Shown here one piece after another: positions 62,865 through 64,000 of a stretch of DNA of 64,000 nt (the first letter of the stretch is position 1; the number at the start of each line of letters is the position of its first letter). The stretch is taken from NCBI GenBank assembly GCA_945872365.1, contig CAMBZJ010000004.1, positions 1,196 to 65,195 on the forward strand. Reading direction: 5' to 3'. The translations under genes were made by a program, and so were the position numbers. The stretch comes from Klebsiella pneumoniae (lineage in GTDB: Bacteria; Desulfobacterota; Binatia; UBA12015). The notes below the pieces were generated by a model that made no database searches, was not told the origin of the DNA, and was given only the letters and a program-made list of their open reading frames with translations.

Positions 62865-63809
62865 TTGACCGGCGACCCGATGCTCGCGGGCGAACGGCTG
62901 GCCGAGATCCAGGAGCGGACGGTCGGCAAGGTTCCGGCCTTCGGTACCGTCGACATCCTTCAGGGCGATCGCGCGACTCTCGTCGACTTGGCAACGGCGA
63001 TCGGTACCGTCGCGCCTGGCGGCAAGCGCCTCGTCGTCGTCCGCCACGCGGAAAAGCTGCGCGAGGAGGTGCAGAAGGGACTCGTGCCCCTCCTGGAGTC
63101 GGTTCCAGACGGCACTCGAGTGGTCATCGTGGCCGACAACCCCGACATGCGACGGTCCCTGTTCGCCGCCCTGCGGGAGTCGGTCGAGCGCATGGAGATC
63201 GGGTCATCGCGCGATCCCGCCGGTACCCGTCGGGAACTCGTCGGGCTCGTGGGACTAAGGGCCGCGGGACTCGGCCTCGCCCTCGCGCCGGAGGCCGCCG
63301 AGGCGATCGTCGACTATGTCGGCAACGACCCCGGTCGCATCGTGCGCGAGTTGGAGAAGCTCGCCCTGCGCTGGGGCGAGACACGGGTGGGGCCGCGCGA
63401 GGCCCTCGACGGGATCGGCGGAGACCGGGCGCTCGCAGCGTTCGCCCTGGAAGGGGCGCTTCGCGAGCGTCGCATCGGTCGTGCCTGCGCCGAGTTGCGC
63501 TCGCTGTTCGCGCACGGCGAGCGAACCGAGGTGATCGTCGGGCAACTCGCCGGAGAACTGCGCTCTCTCCTGCGGGCCCGCGCCCTGCTCGATTCCGGCC
63601 TCGACGAAGAGGCCGCCAAGCGAGCCTTTGGGGGCGGGCGAGGCTGGTTCGTCGTTCCCCGCGCGCGGAACTACCGGCGATCGGAACTCGAATCCGCGTT
63701 GCGCGGGTTGGCCCGCATCGACATCGCGGCGAAGACCGGAGCCGCGGCCATCGAGGCACGCCTGGAGCGCTGGCTCGTAGGCCTCGCGCGACCCGCGGCC
63801 GCGCCCTGA
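62865..63809 (+). CDS. holA: DNA polymerase III delta subunit; annotated TTG start probably truncates the N-terminus
   Basis: VVLLTGDPMLAGERLAEI...GKRLVVVRHAEKL...DPGRIVRELEKLAL matches the HolA pattern and the conserved leuS-lptE-holA order. Frame is open upstream to 62589 but with no ATG/GTG/TTG before 62865. Confidence 0.7.
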   Translation: MTGDPMLAGERLAEIQERTVGKVPAFGTVDILQGDRATLVDLATAIGTVAPGGKRLVVVRHAEKLREEVQKGLVPLLESVPDGTRVVIVADNPDMRRSLFAALRESVERMEIGSSRDPAGTRRELVGLVGLRAAGLGLALAPEAAEAIVDYVGNDPGRIVRELEKLALRWGETRVGPREALDGIGGDRALAAFALEGALRERRIGRACAELRSLFAHGERTEVIVGQLAGELRSLLRARALLDSGLDEEAAKRAFGGGRGWFVVPRARNYRRSELESALRGLARIDIAAKTGAAAIEARLERWLVGLARPAAAP

Positions 63810-63818
63810 GATGCCGCG

Positions 63819-64000
63819 CTAGGCCGTGGCGGCCGGGGTGGTCTTGGCAGCCTTGGCGGCGTGGCGGGCAAGGCGGGCCTTGCGGCGGGCGGCGTTGTTG
63901 CGGTGGATGATGCCCTTGGTCGCAGCCTTGTCGAGATCGCGGGCGGCGCGTGCGACCTCTTCGGCTGCGACTGCGACGTCGCCGCTCTCGATCGCGGTCC
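63819..64000 (-). CDS. rpsT: 30S ribosomal protein S20 (3' part; gene continues beyond the window)
   Basis: Reverse-strand translation ends ...AIESGDVAVAAEEVARAARDLDKAATKGIIHRNNAARRKARLARHAAKAAKTTPAATA with TAG stop at 63819-63821. Confidence 0.8.
   Translation of the reverse strand, partial: TAIESGDVAVAAEEVARAARDLDKAATKGIIHRNNAARRKARLARHAAKAAKTTPAATA

Overview
This is a high-GC (~70%) bacterial chromosomal window, probably from a Gram-negative deltaproteobacterial/Myxococcota-like genome; most features are core metabolism and the most unusual is an uninterrupted nusB–leuS reading frame. The lineage call rests on Myxococcus-type cysteine-rich repeats (CDDGNxxNGDGCS), two sigma-54 enhancer-binding proteins, lpxD/lptE, and a DUF1800/DUF1501 pair. 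Laid out from the left edge, the window contains:

- **Left edge (1–1840):** a decayed integration-hotspot-like tRNA cluster with tRNA-Ser(TGA), tRNA-Ser(GCT) and tRNA-Arg(ACG), flanked by tyrosine-recombinase-like fragments, a small ORF, and a membrane-protein remnant with an in-frame TGA.
- **Lipid and redox genes (1892–7402):** crotonase, LLM oxidoreductase, acyl-CoA dehydrogenase, and a DUF167 protein.
- **Signalling pair (7399–12374):** a class-III nucleotidyl cyclase + STAND ATPase + TPR protein translationally coupled to a GAF–sigma-54 activator.
- **Pentose-phosphate operon (14054–21253):** tal-tkt-rpiA-zwf-opcA-DUF814.
- **Secreted module (21254–29237):** a PSCyt1-like protein with a CX4CH motif, then DUF1800 and DUF1501, convergent with a 1097-aa Myxo cysteine-repeat protein.
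- **Stress/repair region (29506–35913):** tRNA-Asn, a degenerate SodC-like protein, a lipoprotein SodC with a tandem-repeat linker, imuA-imuB (no dnaE2 in the window), an inositol monophosphatase and a photolyase.
- **Mixed metabolism (36035–40042):** LLM, SDR and ilvD genes.
- **Surface-glycan-type operon (40529–47068):** a sigma-54 response regulator followed by DUF5989, a WbpP-like epimerase, a CobW GTPase, an AP-family phosphodiesterase, and a GT4 glycosyltransferase.
- **Right portion (47555–64000):** a small membrane protein and ferredoxin, hisG-hisI, lpxD, yceD-rpmF-fabD-fabG-acpP-glyA-nrdR-ribD-ribBA-ribH, then nusB running without a stop codon into leuS, followed by lptE, holA and partial rpsT.

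No CRISPR array or intact mobile element was seen. Many long ORFs in the six-frame track are high-GC antisense artefacts and were rejected. All calls come from reading the sequence and translations by eye; no searches were run.
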